From Kudoa neothunni (lineage: Eukaryota > Animalia > Cnidaria), in assembly GCA_964304625.1 (NCBI GenBank), contig OZ199838.1, positions 5,872,443 through 5,936,442 of the forward strand: 64,000 nucleotides of DNA, given 5' to 3'. This document shows, piece after piece, positions 53,406-64,000 of this stretch. Both the position numbers and the translations under genes were made by a program. Numbering within the stretch: the stretch's first letter is position 1; each line of letters begins with the position of its first letter. The notes under the pieces were generated by a model that did no database searches, was not told the DNA's origin, and saw only the letters and a list, made by a program, of their open reading frames with translations.

Positions 53406-55388
53406 TAGGGTTGAAAATTTTCGATTTAAATCAATTTTCGTCGATTTGAACCTTCGAATTTGCAAAAATTCCCCGGTTTTATTTTTTTTCGATCGAAAAA
53501 CGTCGTTTTCGCCGGTTTTTACCGCATTAGACACGTGAAAAAATGGGAAGGAAATGACGTGGAATAACCAATTATTTATTGGAATCGAGTGATTTAGAAG
53601 CTGCTGGTGATGTACTAATATGTAGATATTGCAAAGTGTTGATACCTAAAAAACAAAATAGAATACAGGAGCACGTTAATTCTCAAAAACATTGTTTCAT
53701 CAAGTCGAATTTGTCGAAAATAAACCCTCTAACTAATATATTTTATCGAGACACTGCGAATTCAAATAAAATAGAAATAGATATGGTTAAAATAGTTGCT
53801 TTTGATGACCTCCCATTTTCTTCGATTAATAAAGAATGCAATCCAAGGAAATTTATTTTACGTATTGTCCTGCGTCACGGTCGCTACCTGTAGGAAAATA
53901 TTTAGTTGAAAAGTATGTTCCAACGATATATAAGGAAGCCGTGACCACTATTGAACTAACGATGTCTGATTTACGTTTTAGTTTAATAATTGACGAGTCC
54001 TCAGATGCTAAAAACCGACCAATTAATTTTTAACACTTTGGCCTGCTTCCGTGATAGTTCCTCAGATAGACGCAAAACTATTGTTAGTTTCTTCGAGATG
54101 TATACAATGTAATTCTGTTATTGTGGCTAGCAATTTGTCTGAAATTCTAAAACGATATGATTTGGATTGGAAAAATTGTATCGCTATCATTTCTGACTCG
54201 GCATCTTACATGAAAAAATATTATATCGAATTGAAAGTTATGTATCCTCATATCGTCAGAATCTCTTGTTTTTCACATATTATTCATGGAGATGTTCAAA
54301 AAGCTGTCGACCTTTACTTTAAGGATGTTAGAAACTTATGCATGAAATTTTCATCCCTACTGTCAAAAAATAGGAAAGCGAAACATTCTTTTTTGATACA
54401 CCTTAAAAATAATAATTTTGATAGTTTCGAAGAAATTCCGAGAGTATTAGATGTACGGTGGTATAGTTTCTTTAATTGTATAAAGCAAGTAAAGGGGTAT
54501 TACCCAGCAGTTATCGACTTTTTAAAAGATATAAAAGGAGATAAATTTGGAGAAAAACTTAATGAATTTTTACGTTTCTTTAAATATTTTAATCGATGCA
54601 CTTACTCCATTATTTGATTTTTAAAAAATAATTGAAACCGAAGAAAATTGTATCTCGAAAATTTGTGACTGGATAAAGAATGACTTTGGAATCGACAAGA
54701 ACTATTTGCTAAAAAATCACAAGGACGTTATCGGTCTCGTTCCATTTCAATGTAGAATTAATCTTCTACTTAAATGTGAACATTTATGCGACAAAATTAT
54801 TAATGAACTAAAATGTTCAATATCTAAAAACCTAAATGAATGTTTGCCCTCAAATACATTTTTTGAAACTGTGAAAAATCTCGATTCAAACGATATAATT
54901 TCAATTGTACGTTTGAATGTTGATGATCTTTGTTACTTTTTACAGATTGAAGACAGGCAACAACTTAAGAATGAATTCGATTTGTTATGTAAGGAGGCGA
55001 AAGATTTAACAAGATCAGTCGATACTAACTTTTGGAAAACGCGATCAAATGTTTTACCTCAACTTTCAATACTTTGCCAAGATATATTGACCCTGCCAGT
55101 GTCATCAATCCATGTTGAAAGGAATTTCTCAAAACTCCGATACGTTTTCGGAGAAGAAAGAATAAATTTAGGTGATGATCGCCTTACAAAGTTGGCGATG
55201 CTAAATTTCAATGGTCCATTATAATTACTTTAATTCACGATTATCGAATTTATTTTGTTTTCTTTTTATTTAGATTTTTTCTTTCTTTAAATAAAAGTCG
55301 ATAAAAGTCGAATTCGAAAAAAATTTTATTTCGATCGATAAATACCGTCGATTTACAGAAAAATAAACGTCGAAAATTTCCAACCCTA
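53406..55388 (+). mobile_element. hAT transposon with a fragmented transposase (N-terminal Zn finger, DUF659-like core, C-terminal dimerisation domain)
   Basis: TIR TAGGGTTGAAAATTTTCGA / TCGAAAATTTCCAACCCTA. 8-bp TSD cttataac/cttataat. ORF pieces ICRYC..EHVNSQKH, IIDESSD, ISDSASYM, CFSHIIH, VRWYS, FWK..LPQL..LTLPVSSIHVERNFS. Confidence 0.93.
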
Positions 55389-55728
55389 CTTATAATTTAG
55401 CGATAAGATAGATTGTAAGAGATTATACTGGTAATGCTTATTGAAATGTTCTTTAAATTTCTTATTGATTCACTTATTAATTTGATTATTCGGATATCAT
55501 TTTTAATAGTCATAAATATATTATTTGTAAATTTAAAAAATTAAGAGCAAGTGCAATCGCTATGATGGAAAACTTCTGGGGTACCTGAGGTACCCCCATG
55601 GTTTCACGCGAAAGTTTTTGAGCATGGTCCATTGAGGGTTAACAGAATATTACTATCGAAAAATACAACAAAGATACTTGATTATGATCATTTCTGAAAT
55701 AATCTAAATTTTACAATGGATTTTCTGA

Positions 55729-57426
55729 TCCTTGTATTCAATAGACAACCGATAATACGCACTAAAGATGTGTGCACAGTTATTTTTTGTGTTTTCCTTA
55801 TTTTCCACCATGGATATTACATCTTCTATTTAATTAGAATAACAAAAAAGCATTATTAAGATTATTTTGCCGAAGAATAATCCACAATTTTTGTTATAAT
55901 CATATTTATTGGTAAAATATTCGTATCCTTTTACACTGGGATAAAATTTAGTGAATAGTCAGTTCTAAAAAATAATAAATATTATTTTATTTCTTATTCA
56001 TTTTTTTTGTACAATATGAAAAATTTTTTGATTTAATTTTAAAATCTTCAGTTATGTGCGTCTATATCATACTTTAATCGTCATCTAATATTGTCTTGAA
56101 ATAAAGTTTATTCTATTTTCATTTTCACGAAATGATCACTCTATTATAGATATCTCAAAACACTTTTGTTTTAGTTTAAAAATTCGACCGTCAGAATTAA
56201 AATTTTATCCTCGTTTCCAATAAAAACAATTTAATCTACGTAGTTTGGCCCAAAAAAGTGCGTATTATGATTAGTCGCGTGATATATCAGATTGATAATT
56301 TCCTAGTTTAATTCAAAAATATTTTTAAAACTTTTATCTTGTTACAATCACAAATATATTATAAAACGTATCACCCAATATAAACTTTGAATACTTCATA
56401 TCAATGAAAGTGCGTAATATCGGTTGCCTACTGTATATATGAGGACTGTCGGTATGTTTGTGTGTGTGCCCATAAGTATGCATGTGCGGGAAAAATTTTA
56501 CCCTATAGATAGATATTTATGTAACTTTTAATAGTTTAAGATAATTCTAAAATTATCTCATTTGTTATTATATTGACTAAAGTTAAAAATTAAGGTAGGA
56601 AATTGTGTTGTCCTCGATGTTAGGTTTGCTAAGCGGATCACATGATATCAATAATAGGATTATATTTGTTAATTCAAGGCGACATTTATCTATGCTGAAC
56701 TTCTGCAAGTTGTTTTGAACGTTTTTAGTGGTTCAGTCTTAAGCTATATATCCACGATTTCAAGATACATCTTATATCATTCATCTCTCTGTTCATTTAA
56801 AGTAGATGTGCTCATTTGGATGTGTGCTTAAATACACTCCTTATTTTTGGAACTATTAATATATTTGACTTGATAAGTACATTTAAAGTTCTATAAGTGG
56901 CATTTAATATAGCGAAAATGTGCAAATTTGCTAAATTATTGAAGAATTGGAAGCGTATGTTGTAATCTGATGGATTTTATTCTTACATACTGGAACTAGG
57001 TCCCCAAATTTCGCTGTAGCGACCGTTAGACTTAATTTTAAGCGATAAGAGTTAATGTATAGATTGAAATTATACTCCATCTAATTATTTAACATATTTT
57101 TGTTTATATTAAGAGGCTACAAAACAGTTTTGAGGAGAGAATGTATAAGAATGTGTCGGATAAAGGTATTAATTTTAGCAATAAAAATTAATTATTGTAA
57201 ATTATTATCGAGTTATTCAGGTTTTGCTACCTTAATTATCTCTCTAAAATGATCTCAATGTTTTACTGTGCCCACCACAGTCGTTAAAAGTATGATATAT
57301 ACAAAAAATTTATTTAATTTCTCCTCAGGACTAACCAAAAGAATTTTATATGCCTTTATTTTTTGGCCGTATTCTTCTATGATGAAATTTTCTTAAGCCC
57401 GTGCGAAGCTGGGCAGTCCGCACTAG
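55729..57426 (+). mobile_element. Non-autonomous Helitron, copy 2 (interrupted near its 5' end by a MITE)
   Basis: A|TCCTTGTAT at 55728-55737, body 56434-57426 homologous to copy 1, 3' hairpin GCCCGTGCGAAGCTGGGC followed by CTAG|T. Confidence 0.85.
55739..56433. mobile_element. pogo/Tigger-type MITE (~695 bp)
   Basis: TIR CAATAGACAACCGATAATACGCACT / AGTGCGTAATATCGGTTGCCTACTG-TA. Internal repeat AAGTGCGTATTAT at ~56257. Confidence 0.85.
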
Positions 57427-58071
57427 TGTAAGAATAAATCCGAATAATATATAAACATACAAATTTAAAAGGAGTAATATTTCTGAAAAATTTCAATTTT
57501 AACTCTATGAACATGTTGCAAAAGCTAATATTTAAAAGTGTTTAATCCCCCACCAGAGGGATTAATCCACACACTTGAATTTTTGCCCAATAATGCCTTA
57601 TTAATCATGAGAAGTCATTAAATGCATTAAATTATAAAAAATATAATGCATCCGTAACCTATAAATAGGAACCGTGGGGATCAAAAGTGAAAATAACTCA
57701 AGCGCACGCAAATATAAAGACCAAATTTACAGAAGAAATGGCGAAAATCTTAAATTTTATATCTTCATTAATAATTTCAAATTTTTCTTTATTGACCAAA
57801 GCAATGAATAATTGTATGAACACGAATAAATTTTGGTGCAAGCACCAAAAAAAGTCAATATAACTAAGCTATGTTACCAACAACTTTATTTTAAATAGAA
57901 AGAATAAATTATAATCAAAAAACATATTTTGAGGTTTTGATGATTATTTAAAATAAGTGGCACGCATATCTATTTCAAATAATCGCAAAATTAATTGGAA
58001 AGTATTGAAGAGAGCAAAAAGTTTAAATTATTCTACATAGTGAAAAAGAATGAATTTGGCAAAAAATGCAC

Positions 58072-61000
58072 TTAGGTTATCATTCTAGAGTTTTGGAATG
58101 AGTTTGTACTAGCTTGAAGAAGTTTGGACTTAAGCACATCAACCAAATGATTTTGAACAATTATTCCTACAAACGGTAGCAATTAAACGAAATCAATCTA
58201 CAAAAAAAATCATTTACCAACTTTCCGATCCCCGGCGCAAGTTGAGATACGAACAATTCGAATTTGGGCATCACCAAAAACTGATTCCACAATATTCCAA
58301 ATACCAAAAATTGCACCACTCATAACATGGACCACTTTACGTCGCTTTCCATGGTCACAACGTGAACGACGAGAAACGGATGCACATTTACCCCATCTAA
58401 ACAAATGTGTGCAAAGGTTGAGAGATGAATCGTATTGTATGTTCCATAGTTGTTCGGCTGAAAGTTCGTCGATAATAGAGTAGCGTTTTTTGATGTTTTC
58501 TAATGTTTCTGTTTTGGCTGATTCTCCAAGATTTGGACGATAGATGGTGTACAATTGTTGTTGTAGTTGTTGGTCAAAATCATCATCATCATTCCTGACA
58601 TTTGTTGATGCGGAAAAATTACTGTTGTGGTTGTTAAGTGACGAAGATTGAACTTTCTTGACAAGTATAACCGATCTCAAATGTTTAAATTTGTCGATAG
58701 CATAGAAGCCCTCTCCGTAATTATTAGATTCTGATGCACCACCAGCATGAGATTGACCAATATTTCTGATTTCATCCCAGCTGTGGCCACGTTCAATAAA
58801 AATTTGGCACAATTCAACGGTGGAGTCAGAACTTTTGGAGTGGATAGTGAATTTTGTGCTATCATTTATGATAACTTTTTCGCCGGTAACGCCCCAATCG
58901 AGGATACCTGAATCCCATTTCCCGGCTTTTTTCTGGTCTTTGATAATCAAAGACAAAATCGACGAATATAATGAAAATATTGAGTTTTGGAGATCAACTT
59001 GAATACCAAGTAGTCGATTGAGGAAACGTGAAATTTTTGTGGTAGATTTTCCGCCACTTGAACCAATACTACTATCAGTATTGCTATCTGTTAAAGTGCT
59101 ACTACTGTTGCTCCTTAGTAACAGGCTTAATCCAGAAGTTTTGAGAGCTTCCACTGCATCATCAAAGAATTTGTTTTGAGGAATATAATTTGGCATAGGA
59201 ACGGTTCCTGGTAGAAATTTATTGTTCAAGCAGTTGATCATATAATGAAGTGCCATGCGACCATATTTATTTTCGAAATTATACTGAGAGAGATCTCTTG
59301 TTTCACTGGCACGTCTGTCACCATGAGTGAGTGCACCAAGAGATTCAAGTCGTTTGGCGACCGAACTAGCAAATCGTTTTTCACCAGCTAATTCCGATAT
59401 TACAAACACATATTCAGGCGGATAGAGTTGGTTGGAACGATGGGATCGTCCAAATTGTTGTACAGCTTTGTCGGCACTCCACGGTAATTCGAGAGTGATA
59501 TGAACGCGTTTGAGTTGGTTGACACAACGTTTGTCAGCCTGTAACGAGATACCAGCACTGGCGGCCTCAGAAATAATTGCCACCAGCTTTTCGCCGCTCA
59601 TAAACTTGGATCGTTCAGAAATATTCACATACTCCAAAGGGAGTTCGTCGTCGCTTCTAGATTTGTAGGTATAAAAATCCTCTCGAACTTTCACTATTCG
59701 ACCTTTTCGTCCAGTCATCTCAGCCACACTGTTAACTCCACCTAGTTTATCTATCAGCTCATCCAACGTGTTGACTGGTAGTTCGTTGGACAACCGCTCA
59801 ATGTCATCTAACAATTCTTGACGCCATCGTATACACATTTGAGTAGGTGACAAGTTCAGAGTTTCTTTAGCAACCACCTTGGTTAGATTGCTCGTTGAAC
59901 CCCACGAATATTTACATGAGGTGAGTCCAGCGGCTGCCAACACATCATTTTCATCCATCGTATCATCATATGAGCCAGTGGTTTGTTGGTTGTCTAGAAA
60001 TTTGGTCTTTTTCGAGTGAGAATATTTACCACCAGTGATTTCACTGGGGGAATCGCTATCAATGAGGACATCGTCATCGTCATCAACAATAATCACATCT
60101 TCGTCAACATCGATAAAATCATCTTCATCGTCACTTTTTATGATTAGGCTATCTACTGCAGGTCGCTTAACTTTATTGTTATAATTATATTGACTGGATG
60201 GGTTGCGAATAGCAATAGAATCATTTCTATCGTTGAAATCCATTTCCGAAGGCACAGGAAATGACTTTTCAACCAATGCCACCAAAACACCACTAGCTGT
60301 GGAAACAATTCTTTCCAAATTACAATCATTTTCGGAAATGTGCGATTCACCGGTAGATTGCAATCCGATAATCACACACTTTCGATCTTTTAGCGATTTC
60401 TTCGTTAATTCCACTATGGATTTCACTTTTGACGCAATACATAGGTATTTGAAAAATCGCTGATGGTAAGACCAGAATTTGGCCCAAAAATGCATGCTAC
60501 TTTTGCCACTCATGCCGCACATTGCAACGGCTTTCTCAGAATAGGCCAGTATTTTATTCCACAACAGAACTGATTTGTTGTACACACTCTTGAACTTGGG
60601 GTCCAACTCAACCTCGTAAATTCTGAATGTCACACCTTGGAAGCTCAACTGACGGGCTATGTACATGCCTCTCAGCTTCATATCCATGGCAACGATCTCC
60701 ATACCACCAACCCCTCTTTTTTCAACCGCTCTAACGAAATCTGAGAGCTGAGGGAAAGGAGTACCCTCACCCCACAACCCAAGTCGGTACATGTAACCTA
60801 GATTTTTGGGTTCTGTAGCACCAGTAGCACTACAGTAGACCACACGGGCATTTGGAAGTTTTTGTTGGATTTCCAATACAGCAAGAGAGGTTTTGGTGGA
60901 TTTTCCACCAGGAACTGGAATCAGATTTTTGGCCTTGTGACACTCGTCAAATACCAGCACACCATCAAAATCACTTCCACACCAATCAACAATCTGTTCC

Positions 61001-62602
61001 ATGCGTGAGCGAAATATAGAGCTAGCGCTGTTACAAACCCCAATAAGTGAAGAGTAGGTGCAGAAGAGCACACCATCTTCAGCGTAGCCTTCATAGTCAC
61101 TTATGTATTCGTTGTAGGTGACCTTGTTTAGAGGTATAACGTTTAAATTGCATTGAACGTCGGTGAGATCTCTGATGGCGTCGAAACGTAAATCAGATGA
61201 CACACTCAGCCATACAGCTTTTTCACGTCCACATAATTTGTTCTCATGAATAATTCCAGCGATAATTCTTCCTTTCCCAACACCAGGTCCATCTCCAATA
61301 AAGAATGCGGCTCTCTCGCCAGAATCCAATAAAGTTTCATGACGTTGACAAGCATACGAAATAGCCTCAAGCTGTAACGATGACAATGAACCGGTATCAA
61401 GAACCTCGCTGATTATTTGGAGATCGTAGAATATGTCGGGAGGCTCAACAACAGCCATCGAACTCGTTTCTACCACTTGATCTGGATGGGGTTTCCCGTA
61501 GTTAAATTTGGCAGGCTTATACTCAGAAAAGGTGGAAAGACGTTTAATGTGATCATCTGCTTCAACATCATCATCTTCATCTTCCATTATTGTGGGATCT
61601 TGCGCTTGATTCACACTGGGGGAAACAGCGGCGCTGGCAAAATTACTGCCAACTGCCATCATAGATGGGATATCAGAGCCAGCGGGGAGGTAGCTCCTGC
61701 CATCGCCTAATGTAGGCGGAAATGAAGTGCCTTTGTTTGTGGAGAAAAGTTTTAGAAATTCGTTGGATGCATTAGCAGCAGACGTTGTATCCTGAAAATT
61801 ATTTGAAATGTTTGGTGGCGTATCAGAAGCCCCAATATATTGAAGATGACTTGAAGAAGTTGGTGCAGTGTCACCATTATAATTAAGGTTATTAAATTGA
61901 ATGGGAATAGTTTTATTTGTGTTCTGAAGGTTTTTTGATGTAGTGGGAGCAACGCTGGAAGGTTGACTATCATTTAATGGAGTCGTGGTAGGATCTTTAC
62001 CTTTGCTAGGCACCAAACCTTCAAAAATCACATCTATATCTTCTTCGTTTATATCGTCGTCGTCATCCAACCCAATGATCGAAGCAACACCAAAAGGGTC
62101 ACCGGCTGAGGCTGGTATTGTTGTTAGATCAGCAAAAATATCATCTATTGGAACAGTCAACGGGAGTGGATTGTTGAAAGATGTGGTCGACAAATTTGAT
62201 TGAAATGAAGGTTGATTTACGTTTTCATTAGGGAGAGAGGGAGCTAAACAATATCAAAACTTTTATTCCAAGTGAAGAATATTAATAATACCATTACGTG
62301 TGGCTAAGCATTCTTTGAGAAAGAAAACACTATCGTCGTTATCATCGCTACCACAAACATTTTCAAAATTACCGGTTGATATTCCGTTAACAGCGGTTCC
62401 ATTATCTATTAGAACAAAAACCAACTTATTAATTCTTATTATGCTAGTTTATCATGGCGATAGACTACACAAAAAGCTTCTAACCTCGATCGGATGTATT
62501 TTTATCCGTGAAAGAACCACCGAGTAAACTATTATTAGTTGATGTAGACACAGGCTGGTTAAGTTGAGTATTTTTTCTGTTGGATTTCATCTTATCATCC
62601 AT
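58072..62602 (-). CDS. SBNO1: Protein strawberry notch homolog (AAA_34 + Helicase_C_4)
   Basis: HPDQVVETSSM, LSSLQLEAISYACQRH, FFIGDGPGVGKGR, FDECHKAKN, AEMTGR, QQFGRSHRSNQ, FLNRLLG. Two short 5' exons, one ~4-kb exon and a short 3' exon (GIIVQNHLV..MIT*). Confidence 0.95.
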
Positions 62603-63306
62603 TACAATGTTACTTATAATTGAACGGGGTAGCTGTTAACAGACGTTCGAATTCAAATAGAATCGCTTCACAACGCGATGACTCAAATTTTAATCCTCGA
62701 ACCAGCGTCACACATCTATTGATTCAACAGCCAGCTTAAATATGTTACTCCGGAAACAACCGAGAATTGAAACTATTGTTTGATATGCCACTTAATCAAG
62801 ACACACTACTAGAATGTTTTGATTCTTGTGTTACTGAATAAAAGTGATAACATATTTATAACATTAATATCTTATTATTTTCTAATGTGAGGATGAAGTT
62901 AAAAATTGTGATATAAAATTGCATCATGGTATTTGGTAGTAAGTTGATTATGTGGAATGTTAATTTTTTAACAGCATTCATATCCAAATTAAACATATAA
63001 AGTAAATTATCAATTCGAGTTCCACTTAATCCATATTAACCACTTAGTAATTAATTTTAATACGTGAACAATGTGACCTCATTTCTATGGTAGTTAAGTT
63101 GATACGAGTATAATTGATAAAGTCAAAAATTGAACTACTTAATAGTAAACTCGCATAATATTGATATTCGTTTGTGCATAATAATCAACCTCTAAAATAA
63201 ATCAGATGACTAGAAATATTTGAATTGTGCGTGCGCGCGTTGGGGGAGTTTTTGAGAAAGCGACTATTTGCACGATAAATAATATTCAGGTGCCATTCAT
63301 TTTGAT

Positions 63307-63370
63307 CAAGGGTTCACAAACTCTGGCCCAATCCGTCCCTTGGTGACTCTTTCTTATGGCCAGCGAGTAA
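63307..63370. mobile_element. Left end of a Buster-like hAT element (partner end not found)
   Basis: CAAGGGTTCACAAACTCTGGCCC resembles the hAT termini at 14325, 25913 and 41262. Confidence 0.4.
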
Positions 63371-64000
63371 ACCCAATTAAATTCAAATTTATGAAACACC
63401 TCAAAATAAACGGAAAATTATTTGACTGTTAACCTCCCCGAGATTCATCGAGATATTGAATACACCGAAAAAATCTAATGAGATCATTGAAAATTGTTTT
63501 TTGTTTTAATAAATACGAGCCGTTACTAATGCAAAAATCAACATCAGATTTTCTAAATATGCAACAAGACTTAATGTTACAAACCGCTTCAGCGTTTGAT
63601 TTTGAGAAACACGTATTTTTGGTCGAAGTTCGTATGTCAGTTCTAATTATTCCTTTAAGTGCGTGGGGTGAGGAAAATCGTAAAAATAATACTAGATGGA
63701 TCTATGCGTAAAAACCTGTCTGATCATGCTAACTCTGTTTAAATTTTATTAAAATGAAATTAATCAATTAATTAATTAAGTACATTGTATAAAGGATGCC
63801 AAATAAAGATTTATACTGTGCGTAAGAATTAAAGATTCTCAGAAAATTTCCCATAAATAAAATAAAAAGTCAAGTGAAATTTGACGCTAAGGATAAACCA
63901 TCTGTTCGAGCTGGTAGTTGGTACATGTACATATTGTATGTCAAGTTAAAATGCACTTCACCTGTTCCCACAAAACTATTTTTACCACGTAAGGTATATA

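Larger units (their letters stand above)
46887..55638. mobile_element. Putative outer piggyBac-like non-autonomous element hosting nested insertions
   Basis: Left end TTAA-CACCCCCGGGACCATGC; right end reverse-complements to TTAA-CCCTCAATGGACCATGC (shared GGACCATGC core). Both have GGGGT..ACCCC-type subterminal palindromes. Pairing of the two ends is inferred. Confidence 0.45.

Noticed and set aside
1-64000. CRISPR arrays, operons or prokaryotic defence systems
   Set aside because: The window is intron-containing eukaryotic DNA, and no regularly spaced repeat-spacer array was seen.

Overview
This is very AT-rich animal genomic DNA, not prokaryotic. It combines compact, fast-evolving genes with tiny (~40-60 nt) spliceosomal introns and intergenic blocks full of DNA transposons. 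By inference this fits a reduced parasitic metazoan (myxozoan- or orthonectid-like); the species cannot be determined here. Hand-spliced host genes: SEC14L1/retm-like (+), BPTF/NURF301 (-), an unannotated 88-aa single-TM microprotein (+), PRCC (-), CBS (+), a calcium-channel alpha2delta subunit with one 5-kb TE-filled intron (+), a BAHD1-like BAH protein (-), SNAP29 (-) head-to-head with a basigin/neuroplastin-like Ig protein (+), and strawberry notch (-). Mobile DNA: a ~10.5-kb stack at 46.9-57.4 kb (piggyBac, intron-containing Tigger/pogo, hAT, two TA-target MITEs, a Helitron), a second copy of that Helitron at 27.8-28.8 kb, and several hAT/piggyBac relics. Main oddities: apparent loss of methyl-lysine aromatic cages in both BPTF C-terminal PHDs and in the BAH protein, Glu->Gln in the basigin TM helix, an alpha2delta lacking an intact GPI tail, single-A frame breaks in SEC14L and CBS (probably assembly errors), and introns with minimal splice signals. 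No wholly new system is established. All gene models and homology calls were made by eye, without database searches.
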